Of a stretch of DNA of 56,309 nt, positions 9,394 through 20,308 are shown piece by piece; the stretch's first letter is position 1, and every line of letters starts with the position of its first letter. Source of the DNA: Kiritimatiellia bacterium. Its GTDB lineage: Bacteria > Verrucomicrobiota > Kiritimatiellia > RFP12 > UBA1067. Made by a program: the position numbers and the translations under genes. Below the pieces are notes generated by a model. The model did not search any database, was not told the DNA's origin, and worked only from the letters and a program-made list of their open reading frames with translations. The stretch lies in contig JAZUHK010000071.1 in assembly GCA_045641645.1 (NCBI GenBank), forward strand, positions 1-56,309. Direction: 5' to 3'.

Positions 9394-11012
9394 GCCCTCA
9401 CCTCCTTGTCGATTTCGACCGCCAGAAGTACCGGCCCCTTCGCGCGCAGCGCCCGCCGAACCGCCGTCTCCACGGCGGCAGGCGAAGAGACGCGCACGCC
9501 GCGCACCCCGTAGGCGGCGGCGAGCCGGACGAAATCGGGCACGCGCAGGTCGGTCGCGAAGAACCGCGAGCTGCACTCGTCCCGCTGCATCTCGCGCACG
9601 AGTCCAAGCGTATGGTTCACGAAAACGATGAAGACGATTGGCAGCCGCTCCTCGGCGGCGACGATCAGCTCCTCGGCCGTCATCTGCGCCCCCCCGTCGC
9701 CCAGAAAGGCGACGACCCGCCTGCCCGGCCTCGCGAGCGCCGCACCGATTGCCGCAGGAATGCCGAAGCCCATTGCGCCCATGCCGCCCGAAGCGAGAAA
9801 ATGCCGCGGATGGAAATGCCGGAAGTGCCGTGCCGCCCAAAGCTGATGCGAGCCGACATCGGTGACGACAATCGCCTCGCCCGCCGTCTCGCGCTCCACC
9901 GCCGCCAGCACCGCAAGCGGCGAAACCTTCCCGCCGGCGACCGTACGCGGCGCGGGCGAACTGACGGCCAGCGCCTTGAACCAGTCGCCGCGCGACTGCC
10001 GCCGCACCCGCGAATCGATGGTGGTGAGCAGATCCTTGATGTCGGCGACGATGCCGAGATGGACGGGCACGTTCTTGCCGATCGAACTTGGATCGCAATC
10101 GACATGCACGAGCTTCGCCCGGGCGAGGAAACGCTTACGAGCCGCCGTCACGCGATCGTTAAAGCGCACGCCGAGCGCCACCACGAGATCGGCCTCGGCG
10201 AGCGCCGCATTCGCCAGCGGCGAGCCGTAGATGCCGGCGAGCCCCAGCGCCAGCTCGTCGCGAGCGTCAATCGCCCCGAGCCCCATCATCGTCGTCACCA
10301 CCGGGATGCGCGCCTTGCGCGCATGCGCCGTGAGATCGCCCGCGGCGCCGGCGGCGATCACGCCGCCGCCCGCATAGAGGATGGGGCGCTTCGCCTCGTT
10401 GAGCAGCTTCGCGAGGCGATTCACCTCGCGCGTCGTGGCCGCGACCTCGGGATGATAGGACCTAAGTACCACGCGCTCGGGATATTCCGCCGCCGTCAGC
10501 GCCTCCTGGCAGTCGCGCGGCAAGTCGATGACCACGGGGCCGGGCTTGCCGTGAGTGGCGATATAGAAGGCCTGCGCCACCGTCTCGGGGATCTCGTCGG
10601 CCGAATGGACGAGGAAGTTGTGTTTGGTGACGGCGCGCGTGAGCCCCGTCGTATCGGCTTCCTGAAAGGCGTCGGTGCCGATCTGCGGAAGCGGCACCTG
10701 CCCGCAGATGAGGACAAGCGGCACGCCGTCCATATTGGCGGCGCCGAGCCCGGTGATCGTATTGGTGAGCCCGGGGCCGCTCGTCACCAGCACCACGCCG
10801 GGGCGACCGAGCGCACGCGCGTAGCCATCGGCCATGTGGACGAGCCCCTGCTCGTGACGGCCGAGGACGAACTTGAAGGACGCGCGGGAAAGCGCATCGA
10901 AGATCGGCAGCACGTTCCCGCCCGGATAGCCGAAAACCAGCTCCACGCCCGCCTTGCCGAGGGCTTCGACAAGCGCTTGGGCTCCGGTACGACGGCCGCG
11001 GGACCTGCTCAC
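9390..11012 (-). CDS. ilvB: Acetolactate synthase large subunit
   Basis: FGYPGG, RHEQG, TSGPG, GTDAFQE, GAMGFG and the GDGG ThDP-binding motif. Confidence 0.95.
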   Translation of the reverse strand: MSRSRGRRTGAQALVEALGKAGVELVFGYPGGNVLPIFDALSRASFKFVLGRHEQGLVHMADGYARALGRPGVVLVTSGPGLTNTITGLGAANMDGVPLVLICGQVPLPQIGTDAFQEADTTGLTRAVTKHNFLVHSADEIPETVAQAFYIATHGKPGPVVIDLPRDCQEALTAAEYPERVVLRSYHPEVAATTREVNRLAKLLNEAKRPILYAGGGVIAAGAAGDLTAHARKARIPVVTTMMGLGAIDARDELALGLAGIYGSPLANAALAEADLVVALGVRFNDRVTAARKRFLARAKLVHVDCDPSSIGKNVPVHLGIVADIKDLLTTIDSRVRRQSRGDWFKALAVSSPAPRTVAGGKVSPLAVLAAVERETAGEAIVVTDVGSHQLWAARHFRHFHPRHFLASGGMGAMGFGIPAAIGAALARPGRRVVAFLGDGGAQMTAEELIVAAEERLPIVFIVFVNHTLGLVREMQRDECSSRFFATDLRVPDFVRLAAAYGVRGVRVSSPAAVETAVRRALRAKGPVLLAVEIDKEVRA

Positions 11013-12643
11013 GCCTTCAACGCCTCCGTATCGAGCGCCATGATGGTGATGTCGTCGGACTGCTCCGCGCCCGCGACGAAACGGTCCACCGCCACCAACA
11101 GCTCGCGAGCGAGGCCGGAAGCGGCGAAGTTCGCGTGCGAGGTGGCGAACACCTTGAGCCGCACCTCGCCGTACTGCTGCCCGGCGGCGGTCATCGCCTC
11201 GGTGACGCCGTCGGTATAGACCAACAGCCGCGATCCGGGCGGAAGCGCCGTCTCCTGTCCTTCGAAGACGCGATTCTCCAGAACTCCGCAGGGGATGTTG
11301 CGGCGGACGGGCAGCATCTCCACCACTCCGTCAGGGCGGATGACGGCCGGCGGATTGTGCCCGCCGTTACAATAGGAGAACGCCAGCGTGCGGCGGTCGA
11401 TGACCCCCACGAAGACCGTCACGAACATGCTCATCTCGTTGCCGCGGGTGAGGATGTTGTTGATCTGACGGACGATCTCGGAGGGCGGCAGATCGAACGA
11501 GCAGGCCTGACGGAACGCCGTTCCCGCCATAAAGGAGAAGAGTGCCGCGGGCACCCCCTTCCCGGAGGCGTCGCCGACGAGGAAATAGAGCTTGTCGCCG
11601 CGGACGACGAAATCATAGACGTCGCCGCCCACCTCACGCGCCGGACGGAGCAGCGCGGACAAGCCCGCGGGGAAATCCTTCGGCAGCATCCCGTTCTGGA
11701 TCTTGTTCGCGATCGCGAGATCGCTCTCCATCCGCTGCCGCTCGGCCGCCGCCCGCTGCAGCCGCGACGAGTAGAACCACGACAGGAGCAGGATGAAGGC
11801 AAGGCCCGTCACCGAGAAGACGATGATCCGGACGACGAGCCGCTGGGCGCCTTCGAGGATCTCGTCCACCGGGCAGACGATCTCCACCGTCCAGCCGTTC
11901 TCCGCCCGATCGCGGATGGCGATGGTACTGCCGCGCTCGCGCTCGACGCCCTGGGGCGGGGGGACGAGGTACTCGCCCTTCGCCGAGGTGAGGACCGCAT
12001 AGGAATCGGGATAGGGGCGGATGGCGGCGACGAAGCGCTGGAGGCGGTCCAGCGAGAGGTCGGCCGTGAGGATCGCATAGACGTTGCCGTCATCGTCCTT
12101 GATCGGCACGGAATAGGTACTCATCAGGATCTTGCCGCCGCCCTCGTCGAAATAGGGCTCGCACCAGTAGAATTTGCCGGTCTTGACGGGTACGGAGTAC
12201 CAGTCCTGGGCGAAGTAGTCGTTCCCCTCCCGGCCGAGCTGAAAGCTATGGTACTCGCCTTTCGCGTCAATATGCGTGTAAGGCGAGAAGAAATGCCCCT
12301 TCGCCGGAAAGAAGCCGGACTTGTAGGCGACGGCGCTGCCCACGATGTAGGGATTGTTCTCGACGAGTTCGCGCGTGATGCGGTAACCGTAGTCGGGATC
12401 ATCAAGGTGCTCGCCGACGATCCACGCCGAGTTCTTGACCGCCGTCTCCACCCCCGTCATCATCCGGTCGATGCGCCCGACCGTGTTCTTGACCACGCTT
12501 TCAACCGTCTTGCGCGCCTCATCGACCATCATCTGCTTGGTCGAATGCGCCACAAACGCGGCGATGGCCGAAAACAGCAACGCCGAAAGGAAGACGATAT
12601 TGAGGGAAATCTTACCGAGCGCCTTCATAGGTTCCTTCTTCAA
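11009..12643 (-). CDS. Cache sensor domain plus SpoIIE/PP2C protein phosphatase
   Basis: Two TM segments flank a Cache domain (WCEPYFDEGGG). C-terminal VGGD, GDASGKG, CNGGH, YTDGVTEA and QSDDIT motifs. The start may be at 12628. Confidence 0.9.
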   Translation of the reverse strand: MKKEPMKALGKISLNIVFLSALLFSAIAAFVAHSTKQMMVDEARKTVESVVKNTVGRIDRMMTGVETAVKNSAWIVGEHLDDPDYGYRITRELVENNPYIVGSAVAYKSGFFPAKGHFFSPYTHIDAKGEYHSFQLGREGNDYFAQDWYSVPVKTGKFYWCEPYFDEGGGKILMSTYSVPIKDDDGNVYAILTADLSLDRLQRFVAAIRPYPDSYAVLTSAKGEYLVPPPQGVERERGSTIAIRDRAENGWTVEIVCPVDEILEGAQRLVVRIIVFSVTGLAFILLLSWFYSSRLQRAAAERQRMESDLAIANKIQNGMLPKDFPAGLSALLRPAREVGGDVYDFVVRGDKLYFLVGDASGKGVPAALFSFMAGTAFRQACSFDLPPSEIVRQINNILTRGNEMSMFVTVFVGVIDRRTLAFSYCNGGHNPPAVIRPDGVVEMLPVRRNIPCGVLENRVFEGQETALPPGSRLLVYTDGVTEAMTAAGQQYGEVRLKVFATSHANFAASGLARELLVAVDRFVAGAEQSDDITIMALDTEALKA

Positions 12644-13836
12644 AACACTTCACAAGCGGGAAGCGCGCCGACAATCGGCGCGGCATAGTCGATGAACGCG
12701 CGGGTGACGTCATGCCCGTTTTTCGCGATATACGCCTTCGGCACCGAGCGCGTGAACTTCGCGGCATCGGCGATCGGACGCGGCAGAAAGGCGACGGCGT
12801 ACTTCTCCGACTTTCCCTTGCCGTGCTTGCGGATAATGCCGACAGTACCCTTCGTGAGCACTCCCGCAAGCGCCGCCTTCACCGCCGCCGCGCCCGCGAG
12901 AAAGGCCTCGCGCTGATCCACCTTGGAGGCGATGCCGGGGAAGGAACGCTGGAGGTAGCCGAAGGTATCGGCGCGGACGCGCTTCACGCCGGCTTTCGCC
13001 TTGAGGAGCTTCGCGAGCGCATCGCCCAAGGCGCCAGTCCCGGACATCTGCACATTGCCGTGCGAATCCTGCTCGCCGCCGGCGAACTTGGCGCCCATCG
13101 GCACGCCGTCCTTGCCGCGGATGCCCTCGGAGACCGCCACCACGCAGCGGCCAAACTTCTTCATCGCGCACTTCACGTCCCGGACGAACTTCTCCTCGGA
13201 GAACGGCACCTCGGGGAGATAGATGAGATGGGGACCGTCGTCGGGGCGGACGCGAGCGAGCGCGCTCGCGGCCGTGAGGAAGCCGGCGTCGCGGCCCATG
13301 ATGACATCGATCTTCACGCCGCCGAGCGCGCGGTTGTCGAGATCGTCGCCGCGAATTGCCGAAGCGACGAAGCGCGCCGCCGAACCGAAGCCGGGCGTGT
13401 GGTCGCAAGAGCGGAGGTCGTTGTCGATGGTCTTGGGGATGTGATAGACGACGAGCGGATAGCCCGCCTTCTCCGCCTCCTCGGCGACAATGCGCGCGGC
13501 ATCCGCCGAATCGTTGCCGCCGATGTAGAAGAAATAGCCGACGTTCAGCTTGCGGAACCGCTCGAAGATGGTCTTGCAGTCGGCGGCGTCGGGTTTCCGG
13601 CGGCAGCTGCCGAGCGCGGAAGACGGGGTCGCGGCGATGGCCTCCAGTTTCCTGACGGAGGGCTTGCGGAGATCGAGGTAGTCCTCGCCGAGAATGCCGA
13701 GGATGCCATGCCGGGCGCCGAGGATCCTGCCGATCTTAGCCGATTTGCGCGCCGCGAGCACCGCGCCGACGAGCGACTGGTTGATGACCATCGAAGGACC
13801 GCCCGACTGGGCGATGACCATATTCATCTTCTTCAT
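12640..13836 (-). CDS. pfp: Phosphofructokinase, probably PPi-dependent
   Basis: QSGGP, GGNDS (Asp typical of PPi-dependent enzymes), PKTIDND, MGRDAG and GYLQR motifs. Confidence 0.85.
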   Translation of the reverse strand: MKKMNMVIAQSGGPSMVINQSLVGAVLAARKSAKIGRILGARHGILGILGEDYLDLRKPSVRKLEAIAATPSSALGSCRRKPDAADCKTIFERFRKLNVGYFFYIGGNDSADAARIVAEEAEKAGYPLVVYHIPKTIDNDLRSCDHTPGFGSAARFVASAIRGDDLDNRALGGVKIDVIMGRDAGFLTAASALARVRPDDGPHLIYLPEVPFSEEKFVRDVKCAMKKFGRCVVAVSEGIRGKDGVPMGAKFAGGEQDSHGNVQMSGTGALGDALAKLLKAKAGVKRVRADTFGYLQRSFPGIASKVDQREAFLAGAAAVKAALAGVLTKGTVGIIRKHGKGKSEKYAVAFLPRPIADAAKFTRSVPKAYIAKNGHDVTRAFIDYAAPIVGALPACEVF

Positions 13837-15905
13837 CTGCTGAGAATCTCCTCTCTCACGTTTTTAGGGGCGAGTTCGAACTGGTCGGTCTCCATCGAAT
13901 AGGAGGCGCGGCCCTTGGTGAGCGAACGAATCGCCGTCGCATAGCCAAACATCTGCGCGAGCGGCACGCGCGCGTGGACCACTTGGAAATCGCCGCGCAT
14001 ATCCATATCGAGCACCGTGCCGCGGCGCGCGTTGAGGTCGCCGAGGATCTCCCCCACCGACTCGGGCGGGGTGAGAATCTCCAGCTTCATGATCGGCTCC
14101 AGGAACTCCGGCGCCGCCGCTTCCGCCGCCTCGCGAAAGCCCATCATCGCCGCGGAGCGGAACGCCACCTCGTCCGAGACCTCCGGATCGACGAGCGTCG
14201 CCGAGACGCAGTTCACTTCAAGATCGGTCATCGGATAACGCGCGAGGACCCCCGTCGCAATGCCGTCGGCGAGCCCCTGCGAGACACATTCCTGCAGGTG
14301 CTTGTCGGGAACGAGATTGACGAAATCGCGCGCGAGGTTGACCTTCGTGCCCTGGCCGCGCGCGAGCGGCTTCACCTCGATCTTCAGCTCCACCGCATGG
14401 CGCTTGCCGCCGAGTTCGCGGTCGAAGGCGAAGTTCCTGAGGGCGGGGGCCGTAACGGTCTCGCAGTAGGAGACCATGGGCTTGCCGACGTTCGCGGCGC
14501 ACTTGAACTCGCGCTTGAGGCGATCGACGAGAATCTCCAGATGGAGCTCGCCCATCCCCGAAAGAATCGTCTGCCCGGTCTCCTCGTCCTCGCGGAACTG
14601 GCAGGTGGGGTCCTCGGCAGCGAGCGCCCTCATCGACTCGACGAGCTTTTCCTTGTCGGCGCTCGACTTCGGCTCGATGGCCATGAACATCACCGGCTGG
14701 GGAGCGGTGATGCGCTCCAAGTAGCAGGGCTTCATTTCCGCGCAGAGCGTATCGCCGGTCGTCACTTCCTTGAGCCCCACGATGGCGCCGATGTCGCCGG
14801 CCCTAAGCTCGTCCACCTCAATCTGGTCGTCGGCGAAGAGCCGCACGATCTTCATGATGCGCTCGCGCTTCTTGGTGCGCGGATTGTAAACGTTGGCACC
14901 CTTCTTGAGGATGCCGCCGTACACGCGCACGAAAAAGAGCCTGCCCACATAGGGATCGGTCGCGATCTTGAAAACGAGCGAGGTGAGCAGTTCGCCGTCC
15001 TCCTGCTTGCGCGCGACCTGCTCGCCGCTCTTTAGGTCCGTCGCGGTGACGGGCGGACGGTCGCTCGGCGAAGGCAGATAACGGCAGACGGCGTCGAGGA
15101 GCGGCTGCACGCCCTTGTCCCGGAGCGAAGTGCCGCAAAGGACGGGCACGAGTTTCCCCGCAATGACACTGCGGCGGATGGCGGGGATGAGCTCCTCCGT
15201 GGTAAGGTCGCCCTTTTCGAGACACGCCTCCATCACGCCTTCATCGACATCCGCCACCTTCTCCACCAGCTCGGCGCGCGCAAGTTCCGCTTCGTCCTTC
15301 AGCTCGGCGGGAATCTCCCCGATGGTGAACTTCTTTCCCTCCGAGGCCTCGTCATAGACGATGGACTTCATTGCCAGCAGATCGACGACGCCCTGAAAAC
15401 CGTCCTCCTTGCCGATGGGCAGCTCGATAGGACACGCCGGGGCCTTGAGCTTCTGCCGAAGCTCTTCCACCACGCGCTGAAAATCCGCCCCCATCCGATC
15501 CATCTTGTTGACGAACGCGAGGCGCGGCACCTGATAGCGATCGGCCTGCCGCCAGACGGTCTCGGACTGGGGCTGAACCCCGCCCACGGCGCAGAAGACG
15601 CACACCGCCCCGTCGAGAACCCGGAGCGAACGCTCCACTTCCATCGTGAAATCGACATGGCCGGGGGTATCGATGATATTGATGGCATGGCCATCCCACT
15701 CGCAGGAAATCGCCGCGGACTGAATGGTGATGCCGCGCTCCCGCTCCTGAATCATGAAATCGGTGGTGGTGTTACCGTCGTGAACATCGCCGTGCTGATG
15801 AATCTTCCCCGTATAGAAGAGAATGCGCTCGGTAGTCGTCGTCTTGCCCGCATCAATATGGGCAACAATACCGATATTGCGCACCTTACATAGATCGTCA
15901 TTCAT
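13833..15905 (-). CDS. fusA: Elongation factor G (paralog outside the str operon)
   Basis: [24 protein letters not shown] and GMGELHL motifs; 690 aa. Confidence 0.9.
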   Translation of the reverse strand: MNDDLCKVRNIGIVAHIDAGKTTTTERILFYTGKIHQHGDVHDGNTTTDFMIQERERGITIQSAAISCEWDGHAINIIDTPGHVDFTMEVERSLRVLDGAVCVFCAVGGVQPQSETVWRQADRYQVPRLAFVNKMDRMGADFQRVVEELRQKLKAPACPIELPIGKEDGFQGVVDLLAMKSIVYDEASEGKKFTIGEIPAELKDEAELARAELVEKVADVDEGVMEACLEKGDLTTEELIPAIRRSVIAGKLVPVLCGTSLRDKGVQPLLDAVCRYLPSPSDRPPVTATDLKSGEQVARKQEDGELLTSLVFKIATDPYVGRLFFVRVYGGILKKGANVYNPRTKKRERIMKIVRLFADDQIEVDELRAGDIGAIVGLKEVTTGDTLCAEMKPCYLERITAPQPVMFMAIEPKSSADKEKLVESMRALAAEDPTCQFREDEETGQTILSGMGELHLEILVDRLKREFKCAANVGKPMVSYCETVTAPALRNFAFDRELGGKRHAVELKIEVKPLARGQGTKVNLARDFVNLVPDKHLQECVSQGLADGIATGVLARYPMTDLEVNCVSATLVDPEVSDEVAFRSAAMMGFREAAEAAAPEFLEPIMKLEILTPPESVGEILGDLNARRGTVLDMDMRGDFQVVHARVPLAQMFGYATAIRSLTKGRASYSMETDQFELAPKNVREEILSR

Positions 15906-15929
15906 AACTCTTTTGCTTTCGTTGGGGAT

Positions 15930-15938
15930 ATTATACCA
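15930..15938 (-). promoter_or_regulatory. Extended -10 promoter for the fusA-pfp-ilv operon
   Basis: TGGTATAAT about 25 nt upstream of the ATG. Confidence 0.55.
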
Positions 15939-15941
15939 AAC

Positions 15942-18900
15942 TTACTCCCCCGTCTGCGGAACTTCCACAATCTCAGCGACACCGTCAAAGCCCGCCTTCG
16001 ACGGCAGGTAGATGACCGCGCGGTAGCCCGCCTCGTAGGCATCGTAGTAGATCTGCGACGAACCCGAGGCCGAGATGGGCTTGCCAGAATTGTCCGGGAC
16101 CTTACCCGCCACCTTGAGGACGCCGTCCTTCTGGACGGTCAGCACGAGGTTCGTGTACGCATCGAGCTTTGGCGCATCAAACGCCGTCGCCGCCGTGCCC
16201 TTGAGGACGTTCTGGTAGGCGAAAAGCGATGCGTCATCGGCGGCGACGACGCCGTTCGTCACGGAATCATCAATCACCACGCCTGCGAGCGACAACGGCA
16301 GTTCGACCGTCACCTTGCCGTCCTTGTAGGTCGGAGCGAGTGTGAAATCGCCCGTCGCGAGGTCGTAGTCCGCGAACGACGCGGCCGAGAGCGTGAGCTT
16401 CTTCGCCGCCGCGCCTACGCAGTTCGTCTGGATCGTTCCCGAAATCTTGCCGTTCTTGGCGACCGTCAGCTTCACGACCCCGTTGGTTTGCATGCCATCC
16501 GCAGCGAACACGGGGCCGTCGAACGTACCGACCGCGTAGTCCGGAAGCGGATCGACCACGAGATTGATCTGGTACTCGACCTTCGACTTGCCGGACGTCG
16601 TCACCGTCACCTTCACCGCCGAGGGCTTGCCGGGCTTCGACGCCGCCGTGGGCGCGCCGTAGATGGTGTTCGCGGGAATATCCACCTCCGTCTTGGAGCC
16701 CTTCACCATAATGTCCTTCGCGGTAAACTTGAGCCCACTCGGGAGTCCCGCCACCTTCACCGTCGGGAGCGAGAGCGCGCTCGCCGCGACCGGCCAGCGG
16801 AGATCGACACCGCACATCACGTTCGTCGTGAGGCACGCGACGCCCTTCTCCGTCACGAAAAGCTCCGCCCCGTTCGCCGCCGTCGTGATCGAGCCCTGAT
16901 CCTCACCCGCCGTCACGAAGACCGCATAGGCGCGGACCTTCTCCGTTCCCATCGTGAACGTCAGACTCGCCGCCTGGTTCGTCACCACAAAATCCTTCGT
17001 CGCCCAGCCCGCGAAGACATAACCCTTATTGGCCGTCGCCTTCAAGGTCACCTTCTTATCTTGCTGATAGTAGCCAGCACCGGTAATGTTGCCCGCAAAG
17101 TCGTTGTTGCGGACAACCGCGACGCCCACGCCCTTGCCCTTCGGATCGGCGATCTCGTCCGGCAGCGCGAACTTCGCGACGAGCGCGACGTTGTTGGACG
17201 GCATCGTGAAGGGATAGCTCGCCGCCGTGGAATTAGTCACCCCATTCTCGTCCAGCCACGCCGCGAAGACATAACCCTTATTGGCAGTCGCCTTCATCGT
17301 CACCTTCTTGCCCGCCTGGTAAAGGCCCGCACCCGTCACCTTGCCGGCCGCATCGTCGGAGAGCGCGACCGAGACCGTGGCGTACGGCTCGTCGTCGCCA
17401 ATGACCGGCGCAAGTCCGCCCGATTCCGTCCCCGCCGCCGAAACAACGAGCCCGTAGGTGCGGACGATCTTGTAGCCGCCCAAGTTCTTCACCGTCACCT
17501 TGACCTTCGATGGCGTCGGGGCACCGTTCTTAACGGCAGACGCCTTGGTAGGCGTACCGAAGATCGTGTTCGCCGGAACAAGCACCGATGTGTTCTTGTC
17601 AAGCTTGACCTTCGTCTCCTTCGCGTAGAACTTAAGCCCGCCCGGGAGACCCGAGACGGAGATCGTCGGCAGCGAGCCGGACCGCACCTCTTCGTACGGC
17701 GGAATCGCCGAATAAAGCGTGTTCGAGTACGCTACCCCCACGACCACATTGGACGGCAGAAAATCCTCCAGCTCCAAGAAGTCCGCGGCGAGCGGCTCGA
17801 AGTACGCGACAAGGTCGCGATTGGAGTCCGCCACTATGGGATAGCTCGCGGCCTTCTCCTTCAGTTCATCGCCCTCGAACCAGCCCGTGAAGGCATATCC
17901 TTTGTTCGCAGTCGCCTTCAGCGTAACCTTCGTTCCCGACTTCACCAATTTCGAGCCCGTCACCTTGCCGTACGTCGCGTCGTTCGGCACCGCGCGGATA
18001 TAGTACTTATCATCGACGAACTCGCCAGCAATCGTCACGCGGCAACGCGACTCCCCGATGATACCATTCATCGGCGTCTGCAGCGCCAGCGTCAATGTCT
18101 CGGCGGCCGCATCACTATCCTTCTTGACGGGAATCCTAATCACCTGGTTGGTGACGACGCCAGCGCCCCAGGTGAGCGTATAGGGAAACTTGAACGTCTT
18201 ATCCTCCTCACCATTCACTTTCACGCTCTTAAGGTCCAGATCGGCGGCGGCGGCGGTTTCATAAAGGACCGCGAGCTGCACCGACGAGGAGAATTCTGCT
18301 GCACCACCATTGACGCTAATTTCAATCCATTCCCCTTCTTGCACCTCCACCCGGTTCGTTTCAAAACTGAAGAGGGCAACCGAGAGCTCCACAATCGACC
18401 ACGTAATCTGCAAGTCGTTAGTTGTGCCATTCTCCCAGCAAGTATAGATCGGATCTTTCAGCGACACTGTCGCCGTATAGTCCCCCACTTCCACCGCCTT
18501 TCCGCCCTCAACCGAATAATCTGCACCGTCCGCAACTCCGATCTTTTCCGTGCCATCATAGAAGAGACCGGTATGTGCCGTGGGAATGTCGATTCGCCTG
18601 ACTGCCGCCTTGACGACAAAACTCACGGCTTCAGAAACCGCCCCTACATAGTTAGCGGTTTCCGCGACTTCCGCCCGCACATAATAGGTGCCGGCCGCCG
18701 TTGCGGGCGAAGGCGTGAAATTGGTTGTGCATCCTTCATTCGTATAATACTTCGCAACCGGCGTACCGAATGTGGCGTGCACCTCAGTCAAGTCGGCGAC
18801 AACCTCTTTTTCCCCCGCAGTCCAGCCATTCTGCGTGGGCTTGCCTGAAAGCATATTTGTCGTTGCTTTGGCAATCGACCACTCAATGTTCGTAGCAGCA

Positions 18901-19670
18901 GTCGAGCCGCCCTCCCAGACATAACCTTCTGCGAGCGTCGCCGTCGCCGTGTAACTACCCGCGTCGGTCTTCGCGTTGTTCGTAAGCGTATAGCCCGTCT
19001 GCGCCACCACGCCCGTCTGCACATTGCCGTTGTAGATAAGCCCCGCCACCGCCGTCGGCACCGCAACCTCCTCCACTTTCACCACCTTGAAGTACCCGCC
19101 GTGCCAATAACCTTTGTCGCCCGGCAAATCCGTCCAATCCTCTGGCACCACCAACGAACAAGGACTATCCACAGACCCCACGTTCTCAAAGGAATTCGTG
19201 CCCACGCTCACGATATTCGAGGGAATGGTCACACTGTCAAGCAGTTTCAGATCTGCGAACGCATAGTCGCCGACATTGGTGAGCGCTTCACCGATTTCGA
19301 TGGCGGTGATGCCATTATCCTTAGCCACCCATGGCTGTTCATTGGCCGAAGCAAAATCCGGCATGGCGCTTGCATCTCTTTCTGCATCAACCTGCAAAAC
19401 GTTATCCGCCGTAACCCGCCACCACGTGTTCGACTCATCCCCAGCACCATCCTTGAAGTAACTCCCGCCTGCGGGCTTGGTAGCGCCATAGGCGAAGAGT
19501 ACCCCCGCCAGGACGAGCGGCACCAGTCCCGAAAACGGCTGCGCGCGGAAGCGCCGCGGCAGTTCCGCGAATAGCGCCCGCACGCGCGGCCCCGCCAGGA
19601 CCGCGAGCGACAGCGCCGCCATTCCAAACGCCGCGCCCACCGCGACCAGGTTCCAAATCTGCTGATTCAT
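15942..19670 (-). CDS. Large surface protein: N-terminal TM segments, BspA-like LRR fragment, Calx-beta-like domain, InlB-B/Flg_new-type repeats, SGLP/He_PIG-like Ig repeats, shared C-terminal module
   Basis: VGDYAF...VTIPSNIVSVG (LRR_5-like); repeated KVTLKATANKGYVFxxW and SGLPxGLKF...IYGxPT. The C-terminal ~780 aa are paralogous to 52483-54900. Confidence 0.8.
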   Translation of the reverse strand: MNQQIWNLVAVGAAFGMAALSLAVLAGPRVRALFAELPRRFRAQPFSGLVPLVLAGVLFAYGATKPAGGSYFKDGAGDESNTWWRVTADNVLQVDAERDASAMPDFASANEQPWVAKDNGITAIEIGEALTNVGDYAFADLKLLDSVTIPSNIVSVGTNSFENVGSVDSPCSLVVPEDWTDLPGDKGYWHGGYFKVVKVEEVAVPTAVAGLIYNGNVQTGVVAQTGYTLTNNAKTDAGSYTATATLAEGYVWEGGSTAATNIEWSIAKATTNMLSGKPTQNGWTAGEKEVVADLTEVHATFGTPVAKYYTNEGCTTNFTPSPATAAGTYYVRAEVAETANYVGAVSEAVSFVVKAAVRRIDIPTAHTGLFYDGTEKIGVADGADYSVEGGKAVEVGDYTATVSLKDPIYTCWENGTTNDLQITWSIVELSVALFSFETNRVEVQEGEWIEISVNGGAAEFSSSVQLAVLYETAAAADLDLKSVKVNGEEDKTFKFPYTLTWGAGVVTNQVIRIPVKKDSDAAAETLTLALQTPMNGIIGESRCRVTIAGEFVDDKYYIRAVPNDATYGKVTGSKLVKSGTKVTLKATANKGYAFTGWFEGDELKEKAASYPIVADSNRDLVAYFEPLAADFLELEDFLPSNVVVGVAYSNTLYSAIPPYEEVRSGSLPTISVSGLPGGLKFYAKETKVKLDKNTSVLVPANTIFGTPTKASAVKNGAPTPSKVKVTVKNLGGYKIVRTYGLVVSAAGTESGGLAPVIGDDEPYATVSVALSDDAAGKVTGAGLYQAGKKVTMKATANKGYVFAAWLDENGVTNSTAASYPFTMPSNNVALVAKFALPDEIADPKGKGVGVAVVRNNDFAGNITGAGYYQQDKKVTLKATANKGYVFAGWATKDFVVTNQAASLTFTMGTEKVRAYAVFVTAGEDQGSITTAANGAELFVTEKGVACLTTNVMCGVDLRWPVAASALSLPTVKVAGLPSGLKFTAKDIMVKGSKTEVDIPANTIYGAPTAASKPGKPSAVKVTVTTSGKSKVEYQINLVVDPLPDYAVGTFDGPVFAADGMQTNGVVKLTVAKNGKISGTIQTNCVGAAAKKLTLSAASFADYDLATGDFTLAPTYKDGKVTVELPLSLAGVVIDDSVTNGVVAADDASLFAYQNVLKGTAATAFDAPKLDAYTNLVLTVQKDGVLKVAGKVPDNSGKPISASGSSQIYYDAYEAGYRAVIYLPSKAGFDGVAEIVEVPQTGE

Positions 19671-20308
19671 ATTCCTTCCTCCTTGGCGATCATCTCCCGC
19701 CCGGCAGCGACAATTCGCTTTTCGATGCGGGTTTTGATTTGGCTGACAAAATTGCGAGAAATACCGAACTTCCCGGCGACCGCGCCGATGTCCTCGCCTT
19801 CCAGCGCGTAGGCGCGATAGACCTGACGATCACGCTCGGAAAGCGCCGTATGCATGAGAACATGCTCCTGCGCCGCCTTGAGCACCGCCTTACGCCAGTC
19901 GTCATCCAATTGCTCGGGCGAGACATCGGCACCTGCGAGCGTATCGGCAATCGTCCCGCCATCGTCGCCAGCAATAGGCGCATCCATGGAAACGCGCTTA
20001 TCCACTTGGCGCACCATCTCCTTGCGGCGTGCCATATGCACCTCGTTGACGATCATCGTGGCAAGATAGGAATGGAAGCTGCCCTTCTCCGGCGAATACT
20101 GCCCCGAACGCAACACCTCCACCAGCTTACCCAGAACCGTCATGACGATATCATCGGCATTCTCCTCCCCGCCTTTGAACGCGGCGAAGGCGCGAATGGC
20201 CCCCTGGTAGGTATCCCAGAAACGAACCCAGGCGGCAGAATCCTCGCCCGGGGCGAGATCCTTGATCTTCGCAATCAGCGTAACGGACGTGACGGGGAAA
20301 GTGCTCAT
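19667..20308 (-). CDS. ECF RNA polymerase sigma factor (kinase-associated PVC type)
   Basis: TSVTLI...D..AW..F..TY region, GSFHSYL and C-terminal HTH (VAGKFGISRNFVSQIKTR). Overlaps the kinase stop. Confidence 0.88.
   Translation of the reverse strand: MSTFPVTSVTLIAKIKDLAPGEDSAAWVRFWDTYQGAIRAFAAFKGGEENADDIVMTVLGKLVEVLRSGQYSPEKGSFHSYLATMIVNEVHMARRKEMVRQVDKRVSMDAPIAGDDGGTIADTLAGADVSPEQLDDDWRKAVLKAAQEHVLMHTALSERDRQVYRAYALEGEDIGAVAGKFGISRNFVSQIKTRIEKRIVAAGREMIAKEEGI

Noticed and set aside
9394-10098. N-terminal extension of the 317 aa ORF containing ilvN
   Set aside because: It overlaps ilvB in another frame. The ACT domain starts at the GTG at 9393, coupled to the ilvB stop.
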